Notes under the pieces: generated by a model
The model's database searches: none
The model's input: the letters and a program-made list of their open reading frames with translations, nothing else
Told to the model about the DNA's origin: nothing
Position numbers and translations under genes: made by a program
From: Escherichia coli
GTDB lineage: Bacteria; Pseudomonadota; Gammaproteobacteria; Enterobacterales; Enterobacteriaceae
Direction: 5' to 3' (one strand)
NCBI RefSeq assembly: GCF_017348835.2
Contig: NZ_CP072315.1
Length of the DNA stretch: 64,000 nt
In this document: piece after piece, positions 9,657 to 19,224 of the stretch
How positions within the stretch are numbered: position 1 is the stretch's first letter
How the letters are laid out: the number at the start of each line of letters is the position of its first letter

Positions 9657-11669
9657 ATGAAATTAGATCTTAAATCATCACCGCGCCATATTAAGCGTTT
9701 ACAGAATATAGCAAAAGTCATTAGCGGCTTAGGCGATGTAAGAGTTGTAATAGACGACAATACCAAAGGACCGTATTTTGATCCTGTAAATAAAGTTTGT
9801 GTTTTACCAAACGGCGATTATAGCGATGATGACTTTGTCAGTCTGATTGAAGGTTTTACCTGTCATGAAGCTGGTCATGGTCGCTATACCGACAGCGAGG
9901 TTTACAGTGACGCCTTTAATAGTGTTCTCAAGTCATCTGAAGGGTTTACACGCTTCGATGACGGAATGAATGCAGAGTTTGAGAGCCTCGCTGAGAAACG
10001 TAAAGCTTATAGCAGGGCAAAACGTCTTACCGGGCTTATAAATCTGTTCGATGATGTACAGATGGAAGAGAAGGTTGGTAACGATTATCCGGATGCAAAG
10101 CGGCGGCTTGCAGCCACTTACGCACTGATGGTTAAAGCCGGAAGGATGACTCCTGATATATCTTCTCGTCCGGAAAATCCTGTCCTATTTATTGAGTGGT
10201 ATCTGCTTAACTCATTGCGAGTAAAAGTCCTTCAGCAGGCAGGTCACAAAGAAACACTCGATCCGTTTTTTGACTATGCCCAAAAGATACTTTCTCCAGT
10301 AATTTCTGATGTTGAGGAAATTTTTCATGATGCTCTTGGTTGTGAAAATACTCAGGGCTGTGAATCCCTTGCTCGTAAGACCCTGGCTCTTTTAGAGAGA
10401 CTGCGGGATGAGGCAAGGGAACAACAGCAGCAGACAGAGCAGGAGGAGCAGGAGGCATATGATGAATCCGAGACCGATACCGATACCGATACCGAATCAG
10501 AAGATAAATCGCTTGAGTCGACTGATAGTCGTGAGGATGATTCTGAGGACGATAGTGAAGGTCAGGCAGATACTTCCGATAACTCTGATCTTGCTCAAGA
10601 GGGATGTTCTGAGCCTTCAGAACTTGCTGAAGATAACGAGGGAAATAATGAACCCACCGGTGGCAATCCCACAGGTGATAACATTATTGAAGACGATACT
10701 GATGCGATTAACCCTTCCGAGAGTGAATCAGATGAAGCCAGTTCGACTAACGTTGAAGATGAAAGTAACTTTTCATCGGCTCAATGGGAGATACTGGCAG
10801 ATTTGTTGGATGCCTTTCTTGGCAGTGATGAGGATAGCGAAGATTATCACGATGCTTTGGCTAAAGAGATTGAAGGTATTGCATCAAAAGTATCCGATGA
10901 CGTGAAAGCCGAATTCGGTGCTTCTGAATGGGATATCCCTGATCTCCTTATCGATTTGAATGTTTACAATGAGGCTTTGTCTCTGAGTCATTCAATCGGT
11001 AGCGACTTGTCTGTTTTACAGCAGGTTAAAATGCGTGGCCGAAACAAAACTCATGAGCGTGGAATTACCTTCGATGGAAATCGATTAATTCTGTCACCAA
11101 TGGGAGTTCGTGATGTCTTCAGAGCTCAAAGCGAATCTAAAAATAGAGGGCATGTTGGCCTCGTATTAGTTCGTGATATTTCAGCGTCAATGGCTAATGA
11201 TGAAAGATATATTCATGCCATTAAGTCAGATCTTGCTTTATCGATGGCCGCTGAAAGTTTGTCAAAAATGCATGTCTCCAATATAGTCTTTCCCTTCAAG
11301 GAAAGTGAATTTGAGATTATCAAAACGTTTGATCAAAGCGTTGAGGAATCTCTATCGAAATTCACTCTTGGATGTAAGGGTTATTATACCCCTACGGGAT
11401 CGGCTTTAATGGCAGCTGTTGATCTGTTACTTGACAGCCAATTCGATAGGAAAATAATTTTTCTTATAACTGATGGTTATCCGAATAAATCGGAATTTAC
11501 TATCGGCGAAGTTATGGAAAAGGCTAAATGTAATGGAATAGAAATCGTTGGTGTTGGTATTAAGACTGATGAAATAATTGGTTTTGAAACGGACACTTTC
11601 GTAACAGTTGATGATACTTCTTTATTGTCTATTGAAGTCAGTAAGCTAGTTCATCAAATACTTTCTTAA
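9657..11669 (+). CDS. vWA-domain protein, CobT-like, with acidic linker and N-terminal HExxH motif
   Basis: C-terminal vWA with MIDAS DISAS and ITDG; central highly acidic D/E/S/T-rich segment; HEAGH at residues 70-74. Architecture resembles CobT, the usual partner of CobS-like ATPases. Confidence 0.7.
   Translation: MKLDLKSSPRHIKRLQNIAKVISGLGDVRVVIDDNTKGPYFDPVNKVCVLPNGDYSDDDFVSLIEGFTCHEAGHGRYTDSEVYSDAFNSVLKSSEGFTRFDDGMNAEFESLAEKRKAYSRAKRLTGLINLFDDVQMEEKVGNDYPDAKRRLAATYALMVKAGRMTPDISSRPENPVLFIEWYLLNSLRVKVLQQAGHKETLDPFFDYAQKILSPVISDVEEIFHDALGCENTQGCESLARKTLALLERLRDEAREQQQQTEQEEQEAYDESETDTDTDTESEDKSLESTDSREDDSEDDSEGQADTSDNSDLAQEGCSEPSELAEDNEGNNEPTGGNPTGDNIIEDDTDAINPSESESDEASSTNVEDESNFSSAQWEILADLLDAFLGSDEDSEDYHDALAKEIEGIASKVSDDVKAEFGASEWDIPDLLIDLNVYNEALSLSHSIGSDLSVLQQVKMRGRNKTHERGITFDGNRLILSPMGVRDVFRAQSESKNRGHVGLVLVRDISASMANDERYIHAIKSDLALSMAAESLSKMHVSNIVFPFKESEFEIIKTFDQSVEESLSKFTLGCKGYYTPTGSALMAAVDLLLDSQFDRKIIFLITDGYPNKSEFTIGEVMEKAKCNGIEIVGVGIKTDEIIGFETDTFVTVDDTSLLSIEVSKLVHQILS
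10473..10493 (+). repeat. In-frame hexanucleotide tandem repeat (ACCGAT) x3.5 encoding TDTDTDT
   Basis: accgataccgataccgatacc read directly in the acidic linker of the vWA gene. Confidence 0.6.
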
Positions 11670-11685
11670 TAAACTCTACCCAATC

Positions 11686-11712
11686 GGGGCAAAAGGCCCC
11701 GGTGGGTCTTTT
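11686..11712 (+). terminator. Intergenic hairpin + U-tract
   Basis: GGGGC-aaaag-GCCCC then GGTGGGTCTTTTT, downstream of the 11669 stop. Confidence 0.5.
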
Positions 11713-11740
11713 TGCTCCATGAAGGAATAAGGAGCAAAAT

Positions 11741-11962
11741 ATGACTCAGATAAAAACTTACCGTGTAGAACATGAAAAAGTCGGTGCGATGCATAAAGTC
11801 CGTATTTTCGGACGTGTTGGTGAAGTTATAAGCAATGATAGCCCTCAGGAAAGAATCTTCCGCGAAGTCACTATAGCGGAGGGTAATAGCCAGCAGGCTG
11901 CGTTACTTGTAGATAACTACATACAGTGTCTTGAGAATAATGGCTTCACGACTGAAGCATAA
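11741..11962 (+). CDS. Hypothetical small protein (73 aa)
   Basis: ORF with AAGGAG-like RBS (aataaggagcaaaatATG) and its own downstream terminator. Confidence 0.45.
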   Translation: MTQIKTYRVEHEKVGAMHKVRIFGRVGEVISNDSPQERIFREVTIAEGNSQQAALLVDNYIQCLENNGFTTEA

Positions 11963-11967
11963 ATGTT

Positions 11968-11991
11968 GAGGGCCCCCGGGCCCTCTTTCTT
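11968..11991 (+). terminator. Intrinsic terminator
   Basis: GAGGGCCC-cc-GGGCCCTC perfect stem followed by TTTCTT. Confidence 0.55.
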
Positions 11992-12075
11992 AAATTCTGC
12001 GTTGTGGGTTTCTCCCTGTCTTCTGCACCGCAGAAGGCATTGAGAAACTCACAATGCCAGATAAGAGAGATCATC

Positions 12076-13308
12076 ATGACTTATGCATCCCCGGCTCTTC
12101 GTCGTAATCCACAGGAAGTATCTGAACACTTTATTAAACTCGTTCATGCTCGAATTGCTGAAGTGTCTGGCTGGAAGTATATATTCGAAAGAATACCTGC
12201 TTTCAAAGACGCTTGTGCAAAAGCCCCGAGCCAGGTTCCTTGCCCGTTTACTGGCGCAGGGAAATCGAAGTTTCGTTTCCGACAAAAAGACCTTTATACC
12301 GGATGTGCGATCCATAATGACTTTCCGGTAAATGAGTTTTGCGACGGAATTGATGTTCTGGCGAAATATTATGAATTAAGTAAAACGCAGACTTGCAAAA
12401 AGATTCTCTCAGATTTTTTCGGGATGGATCTGCATGCTCCGTTAACTGACGCCGACATTGAAAATGAACGACGCTATAAATCAGCAGTTCGTGCCACAGA
12501 AACTCTTGACCGAGAGGAAGTGGCAAAGCGAATGCGAAAACTTGATGTGATGTATCACTATACCGGTGAAATCAAGCCTAATACTCCTGTTGCTTTGTAC
12601 CTCCGTAATCGTGGGATCTCCCGCTTACTGAGTCACTTACCAAAGGATTTAGGCTTTAATAACCGGATCTACTATTGGGATAAAGATAAGCAGAAATCGA
12701 TTATCTATCCGGGAATGATTGCGATCTATCGTGACACCCGAGGTCGGCCTCTGACTATTCATAGAACATACGTAGACAAAAATGGTGATAAGGCACCTGT
12801 AGAAAATCCAAAGCTGATGATGAAGCCTCCTGCCGATATGACAGGTGGCTCAATTCAGTTGTTTGACCCTCACTATGATTCAGGTAGTTCGACCTGGACA
12901 CTGGGAGTGGCTGAAGGGATCGAGAACGCGCTTTCTGTTGTAGAAGCGACTTCAACACCATGCTGGGCAGCCAGCTCCGCATGGTGCCTTGAAAACGTTA
13001 CTGTTCCTGATTTTTTACTGCCTCCGCCGGATGTAAAATCTATAAACTTTTATATCTGGGCGGATAAGGATATTGCTAACTCACAAGGCACTCGTGCCGG
13101 TATTGAAGCTGCTCAGCGACTTCAAAGCCGCATGGTTGAGTTTTTGGCTAAACGATATCCCGCATCAAAGCTGACAATTGAAGTCTTCGAACCAGCACAA
13201 GATATTCCTGATGGGAAAAAGGGTATCGACTGGAACGATGTTCTCCAGTTAACAGGGCAGGATGGATTCCCGATTCACTGGGCTCCTGAATGTCTTAATC
13301 AGCTGTAA
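12076..13308 (+). CDS. Toprim-domain DNA primase-like protein
   Basis: Toprim signature (conserved Glu in LGVAEGIENALS, DxD in YIWADKD), N-terminal Cys cluster (VPCPFTG, CAIHNDF) suggesting a zinc-binding region. ATG at 12076 has an AAGAGAGA RBS; track start 12004 is GTG without RBS. Confidence 0.55.
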   Translation: MTYASPALRRNPQEVSEHFIKLVHARIAEVSGWKYIFERIPAFKDACAKAPSQVPCPFTGAGKSKFRFRQKDLYTGCAIHNDFPVNEFCDGIDVLAKYYELSKTQTCKKILSDFFGMDLHAPLTDADIENERRYKSAVRATETLDREEVAKRMRKLDVMYHYTGEIKPNTPVALYLRNRGISRLLSHLPKDLGFNNRIYYWDKDKQKSIIYPGMIAIYRDTRGRPLTIHRTYVDKNGDKAPVENPKLMMKPPADMTGGSIQLFDPHYDSGSSTWTLGVAEGIENALSVVEATSTPCWAASSAWCLENVTVPDFLLPPPDVKSINFYIWADKDIANSQGTRAGIEAAQRLQSRMVEFLAKRYPASKLTIEVFEPAQDIPDGKKGIDWNDVLQLTGQDGFPIHWAPECLNQL

Positions 13309-13339
13309 CAACGATAACTCCCCCGCTTTTTGCGGGGGG

Positions 13340-13387
13340 GGTTATCTTATCAATATTATATTTTAAAATTGTATTGATAAGATAACC
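13340..13387. repeat. Perfect 16-bp inverted repeat with 16-nt AT-only spacer
   Basis: GGTTATCTTATCAATA - ttatattttaaaattg - TATTGATAAGATAACC, directly after a CCCCCGC/GCGGGGG hairpin (13320-13338) downstream of the primase-like gene. Confidence 0.75.
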
Positions 13388-13578
13388 GCTTTCCTTCGTG
13401 ATAATTACCTGCCTTTAAGGTCTTTTCACGGCTGAGATGCTTGCTCAGTTAAATAAATGTGCGGTACTACTGGCTATGGTCGGTTGTATGACATGGTTAT
13501 TCCATAAACTATTAAAACCCATAACGGGAGTATTACCGTTATGGTGATGCTCGTCGTTTTACATCGGAGAGCATTTTA

Positions 13579-14100
13579 ATGAATTTTCAAATTAACGAAG
13601 TTTTTAATAAATTTGCTGCTGTTATAAAATCGCGCATCGTCAATGAACCATCGTCATGCTATTTGCTGCATGATAATGAGATAGATATAACGATTTTGAA
13701 ACATAGCATATTAGAAAATGACAGAAACCTGTTGTACGTAGTTCGTCCTTCAGGAACGTGTTTGTTGCGTTGTGACAAATATTTCTATCCGAAATATTAT
13801 CTTCGTTGCCGTGGAGATTATAAGTCATTCATATATGTCCATCTTGATCTACATAGTGGTGAAGCTAAAGAAATCACATGGGAGCAAGCAGACGATATGC
13901 TGTCTAGTCCAGGAAAACCCCCATTAAAAGGGAATCTTGGACGATTTGAGTATATAAAAGTTGTGGTTGAGGACCTTCGTATTCGAGGTTACGCTGATTA
14001 TCTTCCTGCGTATAATCTTGATGACCTTCGCCGTTTTGCCTTACAGGACGACCGCCCATCCCTTGTCAGATACATTGACAATGTCATGGCAACGGTCTGA
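13579..14100 (+). CDS. Hypothetical protein (173 aa)
   Basis: ORF with RBS (cggagagcattttaATG); no motif recognised. Confidence 0.45.
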   Translation: MNFQINEVFNKFAAVIKSRIVNEPSSCYLLHDNEIDITILKHSILENDRNLLYVVRPSGTCLLRCDKYFYPKYYLRCRGDYKSFIYVHLDLHSGEAKEITWEQADDMLSSPGKPPLKGNLGRFEYIKVVVEDLRIRGYADYLPAYNLDDLRRFALQDDRPSLVRYIDNVMATV

Positions 14101-14178
14101 TTGATTGCTAATTGATTTACATATTTTCCCTGATGGCCAACCTGCATCAGGGAGGCCTCAATAACGAATGGAGGCTGT

Positions 14179-15057
14179 ATGAAGTTAGCTACGGACCTGG
14201 TAAAAGCTATTTTGATTAGAAATGGCGTTGAACCAGTAAATATAAGCGAATCATCTAAGTTATCTTTGAAACAACCACTGACAGAACTTAAATTCAGTTT
14301 ATATTTGCGAACTGAGCATTTATCTCACTTCCTACCCGGTTATGTTTATTCTATAAAAGAATGTCCACTGTCATATGACATCGGGATCGAAATTCAGAAA
14401 ATCTTCGAAAGTTTACATTTGTTAAACGAAGAATTTGAATCCCTCGGTTTTGTTTCTGTATGGATAGAAATGCATCAAAGCATTTTTGAACAAAGTCGGT
14501 TTAAGAAAAGTAACTTTACTTTTCGGGAGGAAGAGGTCGAGCTTGCTAAAGGGCTTGTTTGTTCTCACAATTCACAAATAAGTAATGCGGCTTATTTCTG
14601 GCTTCAGCACTTTGAGGAGTTTATGATTTATGTTCGTAATAAGCTTATCGACCTCTTTCGAGAGGCCTATGACCTGATCCTTGGAATGCAGCAAGTATTT
14701 TTCATTCGGGAAAAGGAAGAGCTGTTGAAAACTATAAGTTATGGCGATGAGCTGTATGAGGTGAAATTCATGGCGGCTGAGCTTTACTCTATCGAACAGA
14801 ACTTAAAGTGTTCTGAATCGATAAGTACAAAATCTCAAGCTTCGGCATATATTAACCGCATCCGTGAGTTTGTGCGTTCGGGGTGGAGGCAGGGCTATAT
14901 AGTCTGCCATCATAAGCGAAGTAATCAAATTTCATCATTGTCATTACCGATGTACTTGAAAGATACGTCAGGCCGAAGTGCTCGAAAGCGAGTAAAACGT
15001 CTTATATCTTCTACAGTTTGTGGTAGAAATAAAGATTTAGGTCTTACAGATTTTTAA
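14179..15057 (+). CDS. Hypothetical protein, member 1 of a tandem array of ~300-aa genes
   Basis: 292 aa; same size class and N-terminal pattern as the next four genes; own RBS (ggaggctgtATG). Confidence 0.5.
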   Translation: MKLATDLVKAILIRNGVEPVNISESSKLSLKQPLTELKFSLYLRTEHLSHFLPGYVYSIKECPLSYDIGIEIQKIFESLHLLNEEFESLGFVSVWIEMHQSIFEQSRFKKSNFTFREEEVELAKGLVCSHNSQISNAAYFWLQHFEEFMIYVRNKLIDLFREAYDLILGMQQVFFIREKEELLKTISYGDELYEVKFMAAELYSIEQNLKCSESISTKSQASAYINRIREFVRSGWRQGYIVCHHKRSNQISSLSLPMYLKDTSGRSARKRVKRLISSTVCGRNKDLGLTDF

Positions 15058-15075
15058 TTAAATTATACCCATGTG

Positions 15076-15111
15076 GGGATCACACCCCATATGGGAGTGA
15101 TCCCTTTTTTT
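15076..15111 (+). terminator. Intrinsic terminator between array genes 1 and 2
   Basis: GGGATCAC-(13 nt)-GTGATCCC stem followed by a 7-T run, then GAGAGG RBS and ATG at 15128. Confidence 0.6.
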
Positions 15112-15127
15112 ATTGAGAGAGGATCAC

Positions 15128-16063
15128 ATGAAAATTATCGAAAAAATCATTAATGCCTTTTTGGTTGTTCAACATAAAAAAATACAGGTTAAAAACATTA
15201 CATTTTTAGACAATGGGCAGGGCATGTTCTCTGGTATGTCTTTTGATGCTGATGTTTCACTGGAGTTTATGTATGAATCAGCAAAAGCATATAGTTCTTG
15301 TTTCTGTGATATTCCCTTTCCAGGTTTTGAAGATGCAAATCTGGAGGAAATTACGAAATTTCAATTAGATGCTTTGAAGCAAAGAAAGAATCATTCTTTC
15401 TTTGTTAACCATTTGAGGTTTCCTATAGTTTTAAGGGAAGGGTGCAAAATCGAAAGAGGAGAAGTCTATTCAATTTCGAATTGCACTTATAATAAAGAAA
15501 GATTGCAGTATCTTTTTTCTCAGGATATTTACGGTAAGTTGTATAATTCCTTAGAGAAAGAATTAAGCTCGTTTTTCTCATTTATCAATGTTGAGGTGCA
15601 CGAGTTGTTAAAAGATGCTGTATGCTTTGCATTAAAAATCCTGAATAAGATATCTTTGGATACACCTGAAAGACTTATTAAAGCTTTTAATTATCGTGAC
15701 TGGTATTGTAGTTACGATGTTGAGCTTTTTAGGAAAGGCTTACCTGGTCATATTCTGGAAGAGCTCATTGCTCCAGATATCTTACTTTCAGACCTTAACG
15801 GTTGTAGAAAAATACTTAGAAATGCAAAACGAGTTCTAAATGGACATACACAAACCAATTGTGTTTATATTAAATATGAATGGTGGTTGGGGCCTGTTGA
15901 TACCTCACACTCAGCTAAGTTGATGTCTGACAAAGAAATTAATAACCGAAGTGACTTGAAGAATTTTTCAAAGGTCTTTTTCAAAGAGTGTTTAAGTTCT
16001 GGTAAGTCGGAATATGAAAACCATCTTAGTGAAAAAGAACATGCGCTTCGCTATAATTATTAA
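15128..16063 (+). CDS. Hypothetical protein, array member 2
   Basis: Track start 15113 is TTG; ATG at 15128 has a GAGAGG RBS. 311 aa. Confidence 0.5.
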   Translation: MKIIEKIINAFLVVQHKKIQVKNITFLDNGQGMFSGMSFDADVSLEFMYESAKAYSSCFCDIPFPGFEDANLEEITKFQLDALKQRKNHSFFVNHLRFPIVLREGCKIERGEVYSISNCTYNKERLQYLFSQDIYGKLYNSLEKELSSFFSFINVEVHELLKDAVCFALKILNKISLDTPERLIKAFNYRDWYCSYDVELFRKGLPGHILEELIAPDILLSDLNGCRKILRNAKRVLNGHTQTNCVYIKYEWWLGPVDTSHSAKLMSDKEINNRSDLKNFSKVFFKECLSSGKSEYENHLSEKEHALRYNY

Positions 16064-16084
16064 TTAAAATTATTTTCTCCCATA

Positions 16085-16111
16085 GGGATTTCTCCCTATG
16101 GGAGAAATCCC
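16085..16111 (+). other. Perfect 12-bp stem hairpin between array genes 2 and 3
   Basis: GGGATTTCTCCC-tat-GGGAGAAATCCC; no clear U-tract after it. Confidence 0.6.
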
Positions 16112-16131
16112 TCTATTAAGAGGGTATTGAA

Positions 16132-17052
16132 ATGAATGCTATACAAAAGTTAGTTGAATCTATTCTTGTTAAAATGGGTTTTGTTGGCGCTGTAGTGGAA
16201 AATATATATTTGGATTCAAAACCATTTCGGCATATTCGATTTGTGGCTGATATTCCAGTAATATCTTTTCTACCTCATTTGGTGAAATATCTTAAGGGTG
16301 CAGACCATCTTTACAGTGGTAACGATGATTTGCATCCTCTTTTCATTTATTTTTCCGAAGCGGCTACATTAAAAGCAGGTCCTGTAAATCTCGCGAACTT
16401 TCGTTTTGAAGTTTCTATAGCTTCAACTCATTTACGACTGGTCTCAGAGCAGCCTGATTTGCTTTTCAAAGGATTTAACCGGGATAATCTAGAATACGTT
16501 TATTACCGCTCAGATTTGGCCTCTAAGGATCTTATACTAGGCCTTGTTGAACACGGTTCTCCTTTCATAAAACATCTACATGGACTTATACAAAAGCGAA
16601 TTTTAAACGAGTTCTCTCTGATTTTTTCTGTTCTTGAAAAGATTTTAGAAAGCGCGAAGCCACAAATTCTTGCTTGCTTCCATAGTGTTGATTATGAAAT
16701 GAACGTAAAAATAATAGCCGAAGCTATACCTGAAACTGTATCTAATCAGATAGTCACATCTGATTATATAGTTAATTCTATATCAGATGCGGACAAGTTT
16801 ATAAATCATGTTCGTCGCTATTTAGCAGGCAGGGTAATGAAGAGGCGGATATACGCTGAATTAGATGTTTGTGAAGAAACATCAAGTATTTCACTAGTGA
16901 ACTTAGGATGCTTTACGTCTCCTCTGCTCGTTACGGAATATCAAATGTTTAAGCCACACTCTTCAGGGTTATATCGAAAAGCTATAAACAACTCCTTAAA
17001 ACAGTTCAAACCAGAAATGCATGTACCTTCTGAAGAACTCTTTTATAATTAA
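16132..17052 (+). CDS. Hypothetical protein, array member 3
   Basis: 306 aa ORF; RBS agagggtattgaaATG. Confidence 0.5.
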   Translation: MNAIQKLVESILVKMGFVGAVVENIYLDSKPFRHIRFVADIPVISFLPHLVKYLKGADHLYSGNDDLHPLFIYFSEAATLKAGPVNLANFRFEVSIASTHLRLVSEQPDLLFKGFNRDNLEYVYYRSDLASKDLILGLVEHGSPFIKHLHGLIQKRILNEFSLIFSVLEKILESAKPQILACFHSVDYEMNVKIIAEAIPETVSNQIVTSDYIVNSISDADKFINHVRRYLAGRVMKRRIYAELDVCEETSSISLVNLGCFTSPLLVTEYQMFKPHSSGLYRKAINNSLKQFKPEMHVPSEELFYN

Positions 17053-17062
17053 TCTAACCCAT

Positions 17063-17100
17063 CCGGGAACCTGCTTCCCGGTGGGAAGCACTTCCTTTTT
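17063..17100 (+). terminator. Double hairpin + U-tract between array genes 3 and 4
   Basis: CCGGGAA-cctgc-TTCCCGG followed by GGAAG-ca-CTTCC and TTTTT; then GAGGTAGTGTA RBS region and ATG at 17119. Confidence 0.55.
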
Positions 17101-17118
17101 AGTCATGAGGTAGTGTAA

Positions 17119-18057
17119 ATGTTTAAAGAATCTGACCACGTGGAATTTGTTAGTGCCTTTCTTTATCAAAATTTAGGCCTTAATGTTTCCGCTGACGATA
17201 TAACCGTTCAATTATCTGATACTTCGTTCGACAAAGTAACCTTTGATTACGATGTAGATATCGATAATTTAAATTGTATGTTGGATCTCTACATATCTGA
17301 GCTAATAAAGCACAACGCATCTTACTCCGATTCTATTCTTTTGAAACAAAAAATAATTTATTTTCTTGGAGTATTTAAGAATTTCGGATTTTTTACGTTT
17401 GATATTCGCGGATATAGTAATACTTTAAGCCCAGTTAAAGTTATTGATATTGTTTCAATGATTATTAATGACTGTGAAGAGTTATCTAAAGCTAATTCTT
17501 CTACTGATGCTATAAGAAATCTTTATCTCGATAAAATGAAGGTGGATGGGAAAGTGTTAGTTGCGAAATTTGCACTTAAACAGTTTTTTCATTCCGACTT
17601 TGGTGACTTTATCTCATTTGTCGAGAAAAGAATTACAGATTGTCTTAATGAAACTTTAAGGATTATCAAAGCTGTTGAACATGGCTTTGTACGTGTAGGG
17701 CAGCATAAGATTAATCGCCGTATTAATGATGACTTAAAGTTATGCATTGATTTCAATACTGATGATTATCCGGCAAATATGCCAGATATATATATTAAGT
17801 TTAACGATACATTTGATGGGAACGGGGCGTTATATTGTGACAATGATGCCCTCATATCCCTCTATACCGATGTTGCTTCAATTATCAATGTGCCGGTGAT
17901 GATGGAAGTAAGATTGATCAATAAAAGAGGGCGTGTTGTCTGTGATTCTTCGCATTCAACTTACGTATCTCTCGAAAGTAATGACCGATACAGAGTAACT
18001 GATCGCACATTACTAATAACTGAAGCTTTTGACGATTTTCGTAACGCGTCTCAATGA
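17119..18057 (+). CDS. Hypothetical protein, array member 4 (clear paralogue of member 5)
   Basis: Blocks shared with the next gene: KMKVDGKVLVAKFALKQFFHSDFGDFISFVEKRIT vs LMQVDGQVMIARFALQQFWDTHFIGLITFVSESIT, and HSTYVSLESNDRYRVTDR vs HTVYVSELTGGRIKIHDR. Confidence 0.6.
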   Translation: MFKESDHVEFVSAFLYQNLGLNVSADDITVQLSDTSFDKVTFDYDVDIDNLNCMLDLYISELIKHNASYSDSILLKQKIIYFLGVFKNFGFFTFDIRGYSNTLSPVKVIDIVSMIINDCEELSKANSSTDAIRNLYLDKMKVDGKVLVAKFALKQFFHSDFGDFISFVEKRITDCLNETLRIIKAVEHGFVRVGQHKINRRINDDLKLCIDFNTDDYPANMPDIYIKFNDTFDGNGALYCDNDALISLYTDVASIINVPVMMEVRLINKRGRVVCDSSHSTYVSLESNDRYRVTDRTLLITEAFDDFRNASQ

Positions 18058-18176
18058 TCCTTTTGCTTCAGTCCAAAAAAGTAACTTTGGTTGGCTGAAG
18101 ACACTTGTCTATGACAATGTAAAATCTGTCGCTGGCATCTTCTTTTAGCTTAACCAAATTTTTATCTAACCCAGTG

Positions 18177-18191
18177 GGGAAGTCGCTTCCC
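18177..18191 (+). other. Hairpin in 5' region of array gene 5 (copy of the gene-4 upstream element)
   Basis: GGGAAG-tcg-CTTCCC; followed by the same GAGGTAGTGTA-N-ATG leader seen upstream of gene 4. Confidence 0.5.
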
Positions 18192-18228
18192 TTCTGGGGC
18201 ACTTCCTCTCAAATTCGAGGTAGTGTAT

Positions 18229-19185
18229 ATGACACATTCATCTGATGATAAAAACTATGTCCGAGCAGTTCTGAGTTATCTTGGCATAGATTTTGATGAG
18301 GCGGATATAGTATTAAGTGTTTGCCATTGTCAAAGTGACGAGCTTTCTTTTACCTGTAATATCAAAGCTATTGAACTCAAGAATGTTGTTGATTTATATG
18401 TCGATAGTATCTCTGAGAATGAAATAGAAGCTTTAAACAGAGAATCTTTAAAATCGCGACTCTGTTACTTTCTTGAGGTGTTTGACGCAGTCTCTGGTCA
18501 GTACCTTGAAATTTCAGGAAAACACTTTGCAACTAGTCGTTTTGAATATGATGATGTTTGTAGTGAAGTTCTTAGCATGTCTAATGATGTTTCTCAGTCG
18601 AAAGGTTATGACCGGGATGAATATAACAGACTGATGCAGGTTGATGGTCAGGTTATGATTGCCCGTTTTGCTTTGCAACAGTTCTGGGATACTCATTTTA
18701 TTGGACTAATAACATTTGTATCTGAGTCTATAACATCGAGCCTCTATAAAGCTTATGAAACTTTTAGTGATATTAGTTTGGCTTGCTATAAACTGAGTGA
18801 ATATTCTTATTCACGCTCTATCAACAGTGAATTGACCCTTAATATTTCACTTAAAGAAAATGACTTCTGTGAGGACCTATCTGATTGCTATATGGAAGAT
18901 GAGGCTTTACCTTCTGGTAGGGTAATTTCTCGACGCAACAATGACTCCATAATAAGTATTTATGAGAGCTATGCTGCGGCTTCTTATATTCCGATGATTG
19001 CATCTTTGGAAGTCGTTGATGAATACGGCGAAGTGGTTACTGACCTCTGCCATACCGTTTATGTTTCAGAGTTAACCGGTGGGCGGATTAAAATCCACGA
19101 CCGTAATGACTTAGTATCTGAAGTTTTCGATAACCTAAGAAATTTAAATCTTGCAGTTGGAGATTCAGTTTCACAAGCTGCTTGA
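18229..19185 (+). CDS. Hypothetical protein, array member 5
   Basis: Track start 18223 is GTG; ATG at 18229 has a GAGGT RBS. Paralogue of 17119-18057. Confidence 0.6.
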   Translation: MTHSSDDKNYVRAVLSYLGIDFDEADIVLSVCHCQSDELSFTCNIKAIELKNVVDLYVDSISENEIEALNRESLKSRLCYFLEVFDAVSGQYLEISGKHFATSRFEYDDVCSEVLSMSNDVSQSKGYDRDEYNRLMQVDGQVMIARFALQQFWDTHFIGLITFVSESITSSLYKAYETFSDISLACYKLSEYSYSRSINSELTLNISLKENDFCEDLSDCYMEDEALPSGRVISRRNNDSIISIYESYAAASYIPMIASLEVVDEYGEVVTDLCHTVYVSELTGGRIKIHDRNDLVSEVFDNLRNLNLAVGDSVSQAA

Positions 19186-19224
19186 TTCTTTCCCTGATTT
19201 TGATTTTTTCTCACATACTCTTAT

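Noticed and set aside
7025-11669. Genuine cobaltochelatase CobS/CobT annotation
   Set aside because: No other cobalamin-pathway genes in the window and the context is a mobile element; kept only as a family resemblance.
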